Positions 29,577 through 42,227 of a stretch of DNA of 64,000 nt are shown here, one piece after another. The notes below the pieces were generated by a model. The model was not told the DNA's origin. It did no database searches and worked only from the letters and a program-made list of their open reading frames with translations. Each line of letters opens with the position of its first letter. Position 1 is the first letter of the stretch. Both the position numbers and the translations under genes were made by a program. The DNA comes from Eledone cirrhosa (taxonomy: Eukaryota): positions 76,942,001 through 77,006,000 of the forward strand of contig OZ024741.1 in assembly GCA_964016885.1 (NCBI GenBank). Reading direction: 5' to 3'.

Positions 29577-29960
29577 CATCATCATCGTTTTTACGTCCGC
29601 TTTTCCATGCTTGCATGGGTTGGACGGGTCCCTCTCAGCACAGCATCTCTCCACACGCTGTGATCCTTTGTCATTGGCTCTGTGAGTCTCAGCTCACACA
29701 ACCTCTGCCCAGGTTTTTCTTGGTATACCTCTAAGGCAACTTCCTTCTACTGGCATTTCCTCACCTAACGATTATTATCCATGTGCATCACATGTCCAAA
29801 CCAATGCAGTCTTCATCCCTGTACACCACCTCAGATTCCTCTTAAACCCAGCTTCTCCCTCAACTCGTCCGAGCTCTGCCTCTCTCACACTTACATTGCA
29901 CATCCAATGGAGCATAGTTACTTCATTTCTTTCACGTCCTCTGTAAGCACAAGTGAGGCC
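29577..29960 (-). mobile_element. RTE 3' fragment, different subfamily
   Basis: (CAT)n tail; ERNE--MLHWMCNVS and LxWFGHVMHM remnants. Confidence 0.75.
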
Positions 29961-29982
29961 ATCCACCAATTTATAAGTAAGG

Positions 29983-30503
29983 TAAACTTTTATCACTGTT
30001 TCATCTTCTCAGCAGCAAGATTGATGAAATCACTGTATAAAGCGTTATCAGGAAAAGGTTTTAAAAAAAGAACAGATGGAGGGGGACAGTGCAATGACCT
30101 CAGCCTTCGAATACACAAAAGGAGCTCTTGCTAAAGCAATCATGCTTTCCCATCCTCATATGTTGGAGGACGGTTGGACGTCGAAAGATTGAAACCAGCC
30201 CATCTTGACACCCCCGTTCATGTAGCTCAACCACCAAACAGAGGCCGGCCTAAGCAAGTAACACCGACCCCTGACAACAAGCAGTTTCTAAAAAGGCAAG
30301 TTGTGTGGCAAAAACACCTGTTCCAATGACAATCAAGTTCTGAGGGGGAGCTGTGAAGAGCATTGCCGCGACCTCGTAAAGACGAACTGTTGAAGGAGGG
30401 GCCTTTACTGCAGGCTCGTTACGGAACTGATCGGCAGTGAAGGCACTTCCGGTGATGTGAGTAACAAGACCTGGACTTTGGGAGTACATCGCTCCTTCTT
30501 ACA
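29983..30503 (+). mobile_element. Internally deleted Gypsy LTR retrotransposon remnant with 3' LTR
   Basis: RT thumb VNFYHCFI-SAARLMKSLYKAL joined to an integrase C-terminus VERLKPAHLD...RGRP. PPT GAGGGGGAG, then an LTR TGTG...TACA (30352-30503). Confidence 0.7.
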
Positions 30504-31737
30504 TCTGTAAATGTTTTTCATGCAATAGCCAACAGTTTGTTGTTATTTTGCATATAGCTTAACTAAAACTATAGGGATACATATATAACTACGTTATAAA
30601 ATGTGCTTACCTTATATACAACGGTAAATTTTAATATGAGGATTATTTAGCTACTATGTTTACCAGAGACTCCTTCGTTAGCTCAGTTACATATCTACCT
30701 TTTGCAACGTCGAGGGAGCTTCTATGTGGTAACTCAACTTGCAGAAAAAATAGAAGGTAAAACTCTCACATGACAATATCTTAAAAATAAAGAACACTTT
30801 CGATAATGTGGTTTTGGATATAATGCATGGTAAGTGGGAGTGGAGGAAGTCCTGATGTTTATGGTAGAAATAATTTTCATCATAGGCTGGTTTCGCGGTT
30901 TTCGATGGCACACTGTTAAACAATAATTTATTGCAATGTCTGTTTATTGTCCTTTCGCTAGAATTCCGTTTTAATATAAAATAAAATAAACCAAATAAAC
31001 AATTTGTGCGTGCTCACCTTTAAACAGCAGATAGATTATAGCTCACAAAATGTAATAACTTCGGTGTGAGTTAATTTGTTTTTTACCGCCAAGTTCTAAG
31101 GGAGATAACTCTTTGAATAAAATCACTTAATGAAAAAATCCTGGTCTGTTTATTGAATTTGGAGTTTTAAAATCCAAATTCAATAAAATCACTTTTAGAC
31201 AATTTTTCCACCCTTGTGACAATACTGCGAGCGTGTTGGCTTGACTCAGTGTTTAGTTAACTCTGTATCACTCACTCAATATATATATATATGGGAGTAT
31301 GTGTATACCTGTACATATGTATACATGTTATCACCCAAACATATAATAATACATACAGCAATCGCAAACAAGGTTCTAAAAACCTTCGCTAAGTACAAAC
31401 GACTATCTCCCTACAGACAACTGACGCTGTACACCAGGTCCGAACACGGAAGAGCCGAACTCCCACTGTCACCGCCTCCATCTATTTCGCCCTTCCCATC
31501 TCTCTGCATTATGGGCAAATAGGGTCCCACGTGCTGGCCGCCCCACGGCCCCGGCAGACAGAATGGAGAAGGCGTTTCCCCGCGATGTGTGGCCGATTGT
31601 CGCACTTGGTGGTGAATGCCCCCCTCCCTTTCTTCTTTTATTTTTAAATGTTCTTTTTTTTTTCATCTCACTTTTATGCGTTTATATTTGTATATATTAT
31701 ATGTTTTGATTCTGTAAGCATTATATTATTTTTTCCA

Positions 31738-31895
31738 GCCTATGGCGTTGGACCGCTGATAGCAAAGTTCTTGTCATCACTGGCGGCTCACCTTACTGAG
31801 GTGTCACGTAATGCCCGTGAGGGTGCCTGGTTATTTCAGCCCCTTAGCCTCGCCATCACTCGTGGTATTGCTGCCAGCGTGTTAGTTTGCCTGAA
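31738..31895 (+). mobile_element. CRE-clade (RLE) non-LTR element, C-terminal fragment
   Basis: GVGPLIAKFL...REGAWLFQPLSLAITRGIAASVL resembles the CRE terminal motif (LFQRLSxAIQRGNAASVL). Confidence 0.65.
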
Positions 31896-31975
31896 TGTTT
31901 GCAGCTCTGGTGGTGACTCGGTTGTGACCCCTTCTTTTATATTATATTCATCTGTGCTTCCGTTCTGTAAGCATT

Positions 31976-32712
31976 ATATAAAGTACCAGTAATGTACTGA
32001 GTAATTGCTGACCTTGTGCCAAAAGTAGAAACAATTATTATATATGGATTGGCAGTATCGGTAGAGGGTCGGACGCTATGCTTTGACGCATAGAGTTACA
32101 CCCCTTGCCATTCTGAGTTCGAATCCCGCCGAGGTTAACTTTGCCTTTCATCCTTACGGGGTCGATAAAATAAAGTACCAGTAATGCACTGAGTATTTGC
32201 TGGTCTTGTGCCAAAAAGTAGAAAAAATGATTATATATATATTTTTTCTTTCTTTTTTTTTTATTTCTTTCTATTTATTATACTTCTCTTCATTTATACA
32301 ACTGTAAATAAAAAAAAAACTATATAAGGATGGTACATTTCCAGGTGCGAGGAGCGGCAAATTGTCGCAGTTAGTGGTGAATTCCACCCCCACCCCCACA
32401 TTTTTTATTTCTTTATCAATTTTGTTCAATGAATTTATATTATTGTGTTATTATACATGGCTTAGACATTATATTTGTAATGTACTTCTGGACGAATTGC
32501 GAGCAATTTATAATGTTATTTGCGTATTTGTAATGTTATTACGTATTTGTAATGTTATTTATGCTTTGACGCATAGAGTTACGGTCCTTGCCATTCTGAG
32601 TTCAAATCCCGCCGAGGTTAACTTTGCCTTTCATCCTTACGGGGTCGATAAAATAAAGTACCAGTAATGCACTGGGTAATTTGCTGGCCTTGTGCCAAAA
32701 GTAGAAACAGTT
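31976..32712 (+). mobile_element. Three family-A SINE copies (31976-32040 partial, 32045-32230, 32560-32712)
   Basis: B-box GAGTTC(G/A)AATCCC and the conserved core and tail. Confidence 0.85.
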
Positions 32713-32725
32713 ATTTATGTATATA

Positions 32726-33657
32726 CTAGCAGTGGTACCCGGCGTTGCACGGGATAAGGTATTTTGGAAGGCGGGCCGCCAACAGACCTAATCGTGGAAA
32801 AACTGCATGCCTGGACAATAAGTAAAGAAAATAAACCGAATACTATGATGGCTGAATAATCTTTAAGATGTTTCTCGGTGAAGCAGGAAAAATGCAGGTT
32901 TTCACCTAATGCGGGCCCTAGGGGATCAAGAAAATTAATTTTTTTAATGTGCATAATATGCCTTGAAATTTCGGGAAAATCGGCTAGACGTAACGCCTCC
33001 AAAAAGCCCTAAAAAGCTGAAAAAATGAAGTTTTTCACCTAATACTAGGCCATAAAATACCTAATACTAGGCCATAAAAAAGTTGGATTTTCTTTGCTCA
33101 CGGTATGAAGAAGAGACAGATTAATACATAGTTACAATTTAAAGGAAATGGGTCTTACGTAACGCCTCAAAAAAACCCTAAAAAGCTTAAAAAACGCAGT
33201 TTTTCACCTAATGGAGATCAAAAAGTTGAATTGTTTATGTGCATAACACTCCCTGAAACATAAGTAATACACATGTAAAGTTTGAAAAAAATCGGTTGGG
33301 TACTTCTCGAGTTTTAGGGATTCAAACTCACAGACACACACACACACAGACAGACATCCTCAAGGAAGTGGCGTAATGCAGACAGCCAGACATACAGACA
33401 GATATTATAAGGGCGCGACGTTATATGTATGTATCGATCTAAAAAGAGAAAGACTAAGAATTATAGAGAGAGATCGCTAAATCGCCTAATGCGGTCCCTA
33501 GGGCATTGAAAATTTGAAATTTCTTTTGCTCAGAACACTCCTTGAAACATAAGTATTACATGTGTAAAGTTTGAAAACAGTCGGTTGGGTGGTTCTCGAG
33601 TTTTAGGGATTCAAACTCACACACACAGACAGACATCCTCAGTTTTATTTATATAGA
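32726..33657 (-). mobile_element. Non-autonomous Helitron, composite
   Basis: On the minus strand: A|TCTATATAAAT 5' end, (CTGT)/(GT) microsatellite, 3' hairpin CCCGTGCAACGCCGGG and CTAG|T end. Internal duplication 33230-33360 vs 33520-33640. Confidence 0.85.
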
Positions 33658-34360
33658 TTACTGTTCATATTTTTTTAATACTATATTTTTATATAACTGA
33701 ATAAAAAACAATTATTTAGAATTTTTTCAGTTGATTTTCTGGGATACATATCTTGCGCGAATTTAGTCCACAACTTACAAAAGGGTACTATGAAATGAAA
33801 TAATGCAGTTTACGTTAGTGTCTTTTACTCTACATAAGGTTAACGTAACATTACTACATAGAAAAAAAATAACACACATAAGAAATCTCATATTAATTTC
33901 AATTTAAATATTGTGGTGTGCAAATTTTTTATTTTGTATGTAAGTATTAATGTATGCTAGGTCAAACTATAAATATCTTATGAAAACATAATTCTCTTGT
34001 TTCCAAAGAACATGCAATAATTCTTGAAGAGAAATCATAGTACAAGAAATTGTTGACTGGAATAACTAGCAAAAATACAGATCAGGCCGACATAGAGTCA
34101 GGAAGGATTTTGAAGATCTTCAAACGTCTCAAGATTTTCATTTGGTTTTGTAACCTGCTGTCACACAATTGAAAAGTTCAATAATTGGGTGGTTGAACCT
34201 AAATTTTTGATGTGCAATTTGATAGGTAGTCTCAAGTTGCAGATAACTAGATGGTGATCAGTTGACAGCTCAGCCCCTCTCTTAACACGAACATCCAGCA
34301 CAGAATCAAAGAGATCAGAGATAATAACAAAATCAATTATTTTATATATATATATATATA

Positions 34361-34866
34361 TCATCATCATTTTACGCCCGGGAACTGATTCTGGCTTGAT
34401 TTCTACAGCTGGATGCCCTTCCTAACACCAACCTCATTTACAGTGAGTGCTGGGTGATTTTTTCCGTGGCACCTCCATGACCACTTTGCAGTGGAATGAT
34501 ATGGACCCCAGTCCCTATCATCTCATTTCTACAGCTGAGTAAACTGGAGCAATGTGAAATAAAGTGTCTTGCTCAAGGAAACAACACATCACCCGGTCTG
34601 AGAATTGAACTAGATAGGGTGATATATATAGATAGATAGATAGATATACACATAAATATGTTTATAAATATATATATATATATATCTATACATATACATT
34701 CCACTGCAAAGTGGTCGTGGAGGTGCCACGGCAAAAAAGCACCCAGCACTCACTGTAAATGAGGTTGGTGTTAGGAAGGGCATCCAGCTGTAGAAATCAA
34801 GCCAGAATCAGTTCCCGTCCCACCCTTGCAAGCAGGGAAAAGTGGACGTAAAATGATGATGATGAT
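34361..34866. mobile_element. Two inverted partial copies of the RTE-tailed SINE (34361-34590 minus; 34697-34866 plus)
   Basis: Both match 63560-63833 and are separated by a (TA/GATA)n tract. Confidence 0.85.
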
Positions 34867-35042
34867 ATACATATATATATATATATATATGAAATACGTT
34901 CCTTCACGCACAAGGCGCCAGGGTACGCATGTATTGTCCAACCAAATGCCAGTGTGGTTCAATGGCGGGTTAACTATAGTAGGTAAAGTCAATTTTTTAA
35001 AATTTATTTTGAAACTTTTTCATTATTTACTAAACCTTGTTT

Positions 35043-35103
<61 letters not shown>

Positions 35104-35442
35104 TATATATGTGTGTATCTGTGTGTATGTATATATACATATTTACGTGTAAATCTATATTGCAAGCAGATTAGCAAAGAATGTAGGCTTTGTATGTCGA
35201 AAATGTGCAATAGCAGTAAGCAGCTATATCTCACAGAAACCCTATCAAATGCTCAGAAGCAGTTGAAAACTTCTATGTACAAATACACACACACACATAC
35301 ATATTTATATATACATATATTGGTTGCATCTTGGTTTCAAGAATGACCATTCCTTGACATATTTCTTATACATGGGTGACATGAACATGACTTTTTAGCC
35401 TGCTAAGGACTTAGATACCTTTCTGCATATATATATATATAT

Positions 35443-36752
35443 ATCATCTTCATCACTGTTTAACATCAATTTTTCCATGCTGGCATGGGCTAGTCGAGGT
35501 ATCCGGTTGTGAGCAATGCTAGATCAGGTGACCATGTCATGTTCATACAGAACTGATTTTGGCTTGATTTTTACAGCTGGATGCCCTTCCTAGCGCCAAC
35601 CTCATTTATAGTGAATACTGGGTGCTTTTGTTAAACACGACCACTTTACAGCATAGATTGGGTGCTTTTTGTTGTGTCACCATCACAACCACTTTACAAC
35701 ATGGGCTGGGGCTTTTTGCCATGACACCTACATGACCACTTTACAGTGTGGGCTGGAGGCTTCACTGGATGTATGTGTGGGAATAGGTGGGGTGGTGCAT
35801 ATTATACATATGCTTCATCTTCAGCCTGTGCCCATGGGAAGTCAGGTTTTCTGTATTACTGCATTAACACCAGAGATGCCAGTCTTGTGTCATTGCTTTT
35901 AAGAAGTGCAACTGGGCAAAGTAAGCTTTAATCACCTTGTCCCAAGTCTTTCTGGGTCTCCCCACTCCACGGCTTCCATCAACTTTGAGCATTCTGAACC
36001 TTTTTATACAGCTAACATCCTTCATACACATCACATGTCTATACCAGCGCAATCTCCTCTTCTGCACACTGATCCCTCTTATGCCTAATTTCTCTCTCAG
36101 TATGCTTATGCTTTGCAATTCATGTATATTACTATTACACATCCATCGGGGCATGCAAGTTTCATTCCTTTCCAATCTACACAAGTCTTCTGCACATAGC
36201 ACCCAGGACTCGCTACCATGCAACATTGCTGTTCGTATGCACACATCATACAGTCTGCCTTTCATTTTGAGGGAAAAACCTTTTGAAGCTAGCAGTGGTA
36301 GTAACTCCCTGAACTACTTCCATCCTGTTCTTACTCTGGCTACTATACTTTCAGAACACCCACCCCCTCTGTTAATTTGGTCACCCAAGTAGCAGAAGCT
36401 GTCTACTGTTTCTACTGAGCCCTGCCAGAATTTGATAGTGCTCGTTTGCTGCCTACAGTCTTGGTGTAACCGTTACATGTAAAGCCTACGTTTTTAGCTA
36501 AACTTCCTGAGATCCCACTACATCTCTTGTGTACCTATAGTTTGCATTTGGGGCAGAGAATGGAATTTCTGCCTACACTTTTCCTACATACTGAGCAAGG
36601 CCATTTACCAGAGGGGATCAAGGTTCTGTTTTCTTTTCTACTTACGAGGACCTTAGTCTTTGTCAGGTTGACTTTAATACCTCTTTTTTCTAGGCCCCGC
36701 TACCATGTTTGGAATTTCCTCTCCAGTTCCACCATAGATTCCACTATGAGTG
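35443..36752 (-). mobile_element. RTE LINE 3' portion, decayed
   Basis: GRLYDVCIRTAMLHGSESW...GRPRKTW plus 3' UTR and tail. Confidence 0.92.
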
Positions 36753-36959
36753 TGATATATATATATATATCATAGTGGAATAGTGATTGTATATATACAG
36801 TATATATCACCATCATTTAATGTCTATTTTTTACTCTTGTATAGGTTAGACAGGTTGTCATGTTATGAGAGAATTCAGGTCAGGTGATGAGTCTTGTTCA
36901 TATGGATCTGTATTTTGGCTTGGTTTCTATGGCCGGATCCTCTTCCTAACACTAAACAT

Positions 36960-37555
36960 GTTATAGTATGCATTCGGTGATTTTTACTGTAGCACCAAAA
37001 CACTCATCTAACAAGGTGGACTGGGTGATTTTTATCATGTGACCAGCATGACCACCGCACAGGGTAGACTAGTTGCTTTTTTGGGGGCCTTCCAACATGA
37101 TCACCATACATGGTGGACTGGGTGTTTTTTGTCATATCACTAACATTACTGCCTTACAGGGTGGAGTAGGTGCTTTTTGTCATGTCACCAGCAAGACCCC
37201 TCACAAGGTGGACTGGGTGCTTTTTCTCGTGTCACCAGCACTACCACCTTACATGCTGAACAGGGTGTTTTTTGTTGTCACCAACATGACCATCTTACAG
37301 GGTGAACTGGGTGCTTTTTGCATGTCAACAGCACAACCATCTTACAGGGTGAACTGAATATTGTCTTCTTGTGTCACCAACATGACCTCTATACAGGGTG
37401 TACTTGGGGCCTCCTGTCATGTTACCAGCACAACTATCTATCTTATAGAGTGCAACTGAAGTTGCCTCTTGTCATGTTACCTTACAGGATGGATTAGGTG
37501 CTTTTGTTGTTGTGGCACCAGATTGCCATACTGGGTGGACAAATTGCTTTTTATC
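36960..37555. repeat. ~47-bp degenerate VNTR inside an RTE 3' UTR, ~13 copies
   Basis: Unit ~TTACAGGGTGGACTGGGTGCTTTTTGTCATGTCACCAGCACAACCATC; the same motif occurs 2-3 times in other RTE 3' UTRs (e.g. 17695-17790). Confidence 0.8.
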
Positions 37556-37854
37556 AGGGCAGTATCATTATGAGAGTGGGGGACATATTTGGAGCATGTT
37601 CAGCTTTTCATGCTTCTATTCATGGGCGGAACAGGACAGGAGAGGTACTTCAGGTGTATGTAAGGTGGGGAGGGAATGGAGTATGCAAGTTGGACATGGA
37701 TGAGGTGAGTGGGTATTAAGACGGGAGGGTGACTGAGGAAGAGGCAGGGAGACGACTGGTGCTGGCTAGTGTCCTCTAAATGTTTATTTGATCCTGTGCA
37801 TATGGGAAAGTGGGTCTCTTGCAATACAGCATAACACTAAATAGAGGGGTTCAC

Positions 37855-38520
37855 TTTTAGCTAGTTACTTTTCCTGCAGTTACCTCACAAGGAAGAGGGT
37901 ATCTGTGGTACTTTCTCCTGGAACAAATCCGAACTGCATCTCATCTAGGTTAATTTGATCCCTAATCAGTTGTACAATGACTCTTTCTGTAATTTTCATG
38001 ACCTTATCCATCAGTTTGATGTCACAATAGTACCATCTGTCTAGTGCATCACCATTGCCCTTGTAGCAGTTGACGATGCTGCTGCTATGCCAGTCATTGG
38101 GTATGGCACCATTTTGTATTACTTGGTTGACAATATAGGTGGATATGGTCTGTCCTACCATCCCAGATACTTTCAGTATCTCAGCAACTATTCCCAATGG
38201 CCCCACTGCTTTGCCTGTTTTCATGTCCTTAATTGCCTTACTTACTACACTGCTACTGACTTGTACTGTTGGTTCCTCTGTAGACTCCACCTGGGGCAGG
38301 CTATCTTCTTCCCACACATTCTCCTCATTCATCAATCTCATAATCACACTTCCATGCTGCCTTCTTTATGGTTTCAGTGAGGGCAAGTGCACCATTGCCA
38401 TCATGAACACACTTCTTTCTTACAACATCACTATTTTCCCTGACACGCTGCCTTGCAACCTTGAACACCTAATGTCTTTGGTCATCATGCATAACATGCA
38501 TACATTTGTTACTTTCCACT
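37855..38520 (-). mobile_element. RTE LINE fragment, RT N-terminus
   Basis: LMNEENVWEED...QFGFVPGESTTDTLFLVR. Confidence 0.9.
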
Positions 38521-38536
38521 TCCCTCCTATATATAT

Positions 38537-39152
38537 ATCATCATCATCATCATCATTTAACGTCTATCTTCCGCGCTAGCATGGGTTAGACGGGAGTTGT
38601 CCCACTTGAGGCAAGATTAGTCGGGTGACCATTTCTCGCTCGTATACGACTATCTGGCAAGTTTTCTACGGCTGGATGCCCTTCCTAACACCAACCACGT
38701 TTACAGCGTGGACTGGGAACTTTTTACCGTGTTACCTACACGGCCACATTACAGGGTGGACTGTGTTTTTTTGTTGTGACACCTACACGATCTCATTAGT
38801 TTGGACTGGATGTTGTGGTACCAACATAACTTTATAGAGAAAGGGTGGTGTTGGTGGGAGTGGGAGGATGGAGTGGGGTAGTGGGTTGGCGTGTGTTTGG
38901 TTTGGAGGGGCCTACTGACTAAGTTAGCTTTGCACGTAGGGAAGGTGGGTCTTCTGTAATACTGCGTGGCGCCAAAGATCTTGATCCAGTGACATTGTCT
39001 TAGAGAGGTGCAAGTGTGCAAGGTCGGACTTTATTATGTCGTCCCAGGTTTTTCTGGGTCTACCTACTCCGTAACTTCCCTCAGTTTTGATCGCCTTGCA
39101 CTTTTTTATACAGCTGTCATCTTTCATGCGCATCACGTGACCGTACCAACGT
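38537..39152 (-). mobile_element. RTE 3' fragment
   Basis: RWYGHVMRMKDDSCIKKC...GRPRKTW, 3' UTR and (CAT)n tail; highly similar to 42465-43050 in inverted orientation. Confidence 0.92.
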
Positions 39153-39164
39153 AAATATATATAT

Positions 39165-42100
39165 ATATATGTATGTAAAAGGTAAACAGAAATAACAACA
39201 CAATCGGTACAGTATATGGAAGGTATATATTAGGTTAACGCTTAATATAGCAGGAAGAGGGTCTTACCGTTTTGGACACTAGTCCTTCATCAGAAGAAAG
39301 AATGAGAAATAAAATAGATTAAGGGGACGGGCAGGATGGAATTGGAAAAAATGTCTTTAGATAAAAATAATAGGTCCATTCATGTTGACATCTCTTACAA
39401 AACTGTTGGTGCTGGCGTTTTGTGTATGATTTGTTTTTTAGAAAAGTGGATGATGGCAGGCGTCTACCTGAAATGGAAAAAAAATCGTTTTGTAAAAATA
39501 GCTATACTTGAGCACGTGCGTAAGCATGAGTTTGTGTGTGTGTGTGTGTTATAGGTCCGTCCGAAGCTAAGAAGAAATATGTATGTATATGTGAGTAAAA
39601 GAGTGTGTGTGCATGTAAGTACGAAGCTATGAGCAAAGAGAAAGCGATAGGAATCTAGGGGTGTGATAATGGACGGGGTATTAGAGGAATTGGGGAGGTG
39701 AGTTGAGTCCAAGAGGGGAATAGGACCCAAGACGGTGAATCAGACTTTGTTCAGTCCTGGTGCGCGAGGCCTGTGATCCATGATGTAAAAGGACACCCAG
39801 GGCTGAAACATGTAGGGAAGAATGACCAGGAGAACAGAAATGACGGGCGACAGGAGTATCCAAACCGAGTCGAATGTTCCTCAAATGTTCGGCAAAACAG
39901 TCCGCCATACAGCATCCCGTTTGCCCGCTATATAAAGACCCGCAAAGGGAATACCAGAGGGCATAGACAACGTGGGTGGATGTGCAGGTGAAGGAATGGC
40001 AGTTACAGAAAGACCCGTTAGGGCCTGTAAGAGTGGTGAAGGTGGAAATAAAGGGACAAGTATTGCAGCGGGAACGGGAACAAGGAAGAGAGCCGGGTGG
40101 AGTTGTGGGAAAGGACGAAAAAGAACTGCGAACCAGGAGGTCACAGAGGTTTCGGGCATGCTTAAAAGCAGTAATGGGTGGGTTTGGAAAAAAGCGAGAA
40201 GTGACGGGGTCAGAAGAGAGGATACGGAAGGAACGGAGGATATGTTGCCGGAGTGATAGGGTAATGGGGTGGTAGGTGAGAGGGAAAGGAACACGGGTTT
40301 TGGGAGGGTGGGGTGAGGTGAGAGGGCTGTGGTGCAGTCTGTTTCACGGGCGTGGGTGCGAGCAGCTTGGATCAAGGTTGGGGGGATATCCACGTTGGAT
40401 GAAGCATTAAGCCATGCAAAGGGAGTGGGTTTCGAAATCGTCGTCCTGGCTACAAAGTCAACAAAGACGGAGGAATTGTGAATAGGGTATGGAGTGTTTG
40501 GTGTGGGTTGGATGGGAGGGGGTGAAATCGATATAAGATTGGGAGTCTGTTGCTTTAATGTAGATGGAAGTAGAGAGGGTGTGGTGAGAGTGATTAATAG
40601 ATAGAGAGATATCTAGTAAAGCGACAGAAGAATCGGAGACAGAGGCAGTGAAATTGAGAGCAGGGTGGAAAGATTGGACAAAAGAAAGAAAACAGTCGAG
40701 CTGTTCTCGTGATAGAGAGGTGGCGCCGATACAGTCGTCGATATAACGACCGTATAGCTCAGCAGTCGGTCCAGCATACTGGGAGAAGATCTAGGCTTCG
40801 ACGTAGCCAACAAACAAGTTGGCATAGTTTGGACCCATTCTGGTTCCCATCGCTATCCCAGAGACCTGCTGATAAAATTTACCCGAAAAAGAAAATCCAT
40901 TAAGGGTGAGAACAAGCTCAGCCAGACGGAGAATAGTGGTAGTGCTGGGGTAAGGGGTAGGGCGTAAATCTAAAAAATGCTGGAGAGCATGGAGGCCGTC
41001 ATCATGAGGGATGACGGTATAGAGAGAAGTAATGTCCAGGGTAAAGAGGAGGGAGGGACCAGGAGGGAAGGAGAAAGAGTTCAAAAGTCTAAGGGCATGA
41101 TTTGTATCGTGGTTGTGGGAGGTGAGATTGGCGACCAACGGGGCAAGGACGGTGTCTAAATATTCAGAAATTATCTCAGTGAGGCAGTTGCGCGCAGAAA
41201 TGATAGGACAGCCAGGATTATTTTGTTTGTGTATTTTGGGGAGGAAGTAGATGGTGGGTATGCGAGGGGTGCGTACAATAAGGCTGGTGGCTGTGGGGGG
41301 TAGGTGAGAGGAGGAGATGAGCTCATGGATGGTGGAGGACATGAGTTGTTGGTAGCCAGGAGAGGGGTCGGAGGATAAAGGGCGGTAAAAAAGGGTATTG
41401 TGAAGCTGGCAGAGAGCCACAGCCCTATAGAGGTCAGCGCATTTGATAACAATGTCATCATGACGCCGAAGGTTGCGAAGAGCGGAGAGCTCAGTTCGCA
41501 TGATGTTAGAGCGACGAGAATGCTGGTGGAAACGGAACCGATTCACAGTACGCCGGCAAGTATCGACATAGGAGTCGAGGGAGCTGAACTGGCCAGAGCT
41601 CGGCGTCCAATGTGATTGCTAGCGACTGAGACGAGTGAAGTCATCCGTCTGTGTTGATGGTGGCGTGTTGTGAAAAAAAGCTTTCAGCTTTAAACGATGG
41701 AAGAACCCTTCAACCTAAGCACGTGTGCGGAACTCATCACAGGTAGATGTGGTTGGTATAAAATGCAAACCACGGGCGAAGAGGGAGCGCTCAGCTTTGG
41801 AGAGTGGTAGGTCCTGGGGTATGGTAACTACAGTGCAGGGACGTGAAGGAGTGAAAGAGGCGGAAGCGGAGAAGTCAAGGTGGTTGGGCAAATAGTGTGC
41901 AGATACAGAGGTAGGTGACGGGATAGAGAGGTTAGGGTTGGAGGTGATATGAGTATGGGTGGTGACGGCAGGCGGGGAGCGGAGAGAGTCGAGTTTATGG
42001 TTTTTTGCGGAGGTGAGGAAATTAAAAAAGAGGCAATTGAGGTAAAGGATGAATTGGATAAGGGATTGGGCGAGGAAAGTGCGGCAAGTGGAGGAGAGAG

Positions 42101-42184
42101 GGGGGTAGGCCTTGGGGAGATCTCGGATTTGGGCGAGAGTTGATCGAATGGTTACCCGCATGAACTGGTTCAAAGCTCTCAATG

Positions 42185-42185
<1 letters not shown>
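39165..42185 (-). mobile_element. Penelope-like element (Neptune-like), 5'-truncated and frameshifted
   Basis: PLE RT motifs YFLPKIHK, FTLDITSLYT, QQVSGIAMGTRMGPNYANLF and YGRYIDD. Cys linker CPRSRCNTC; GIY-YIG remnant VVYAI...LYSGQTG...FAEH ending P-GLN. pLTR-like 3' region with a hammerhead. Confidence 0.9.
39255..39300 (-). ncRNA. Minimal hammerhead motif in the PLE pLTR, core mutated
   Basis: Minus strand TCTT-CTGATGA-AGGAC-tagt-GTCC-AAAAC-GGTA-AGA; the expected GAAA reads AAAA, consistent with CpG decay. Confidence 0.6.

Positions 42186-42221
<36 letters not shown>

Positions 42222-42227
<6 letters not shown>

Noticed and set aside
31500-31570. HDV-like ribozyme around TCCCACGT
   Set aside because: The P3, P1 and P2 pairings could not be built.
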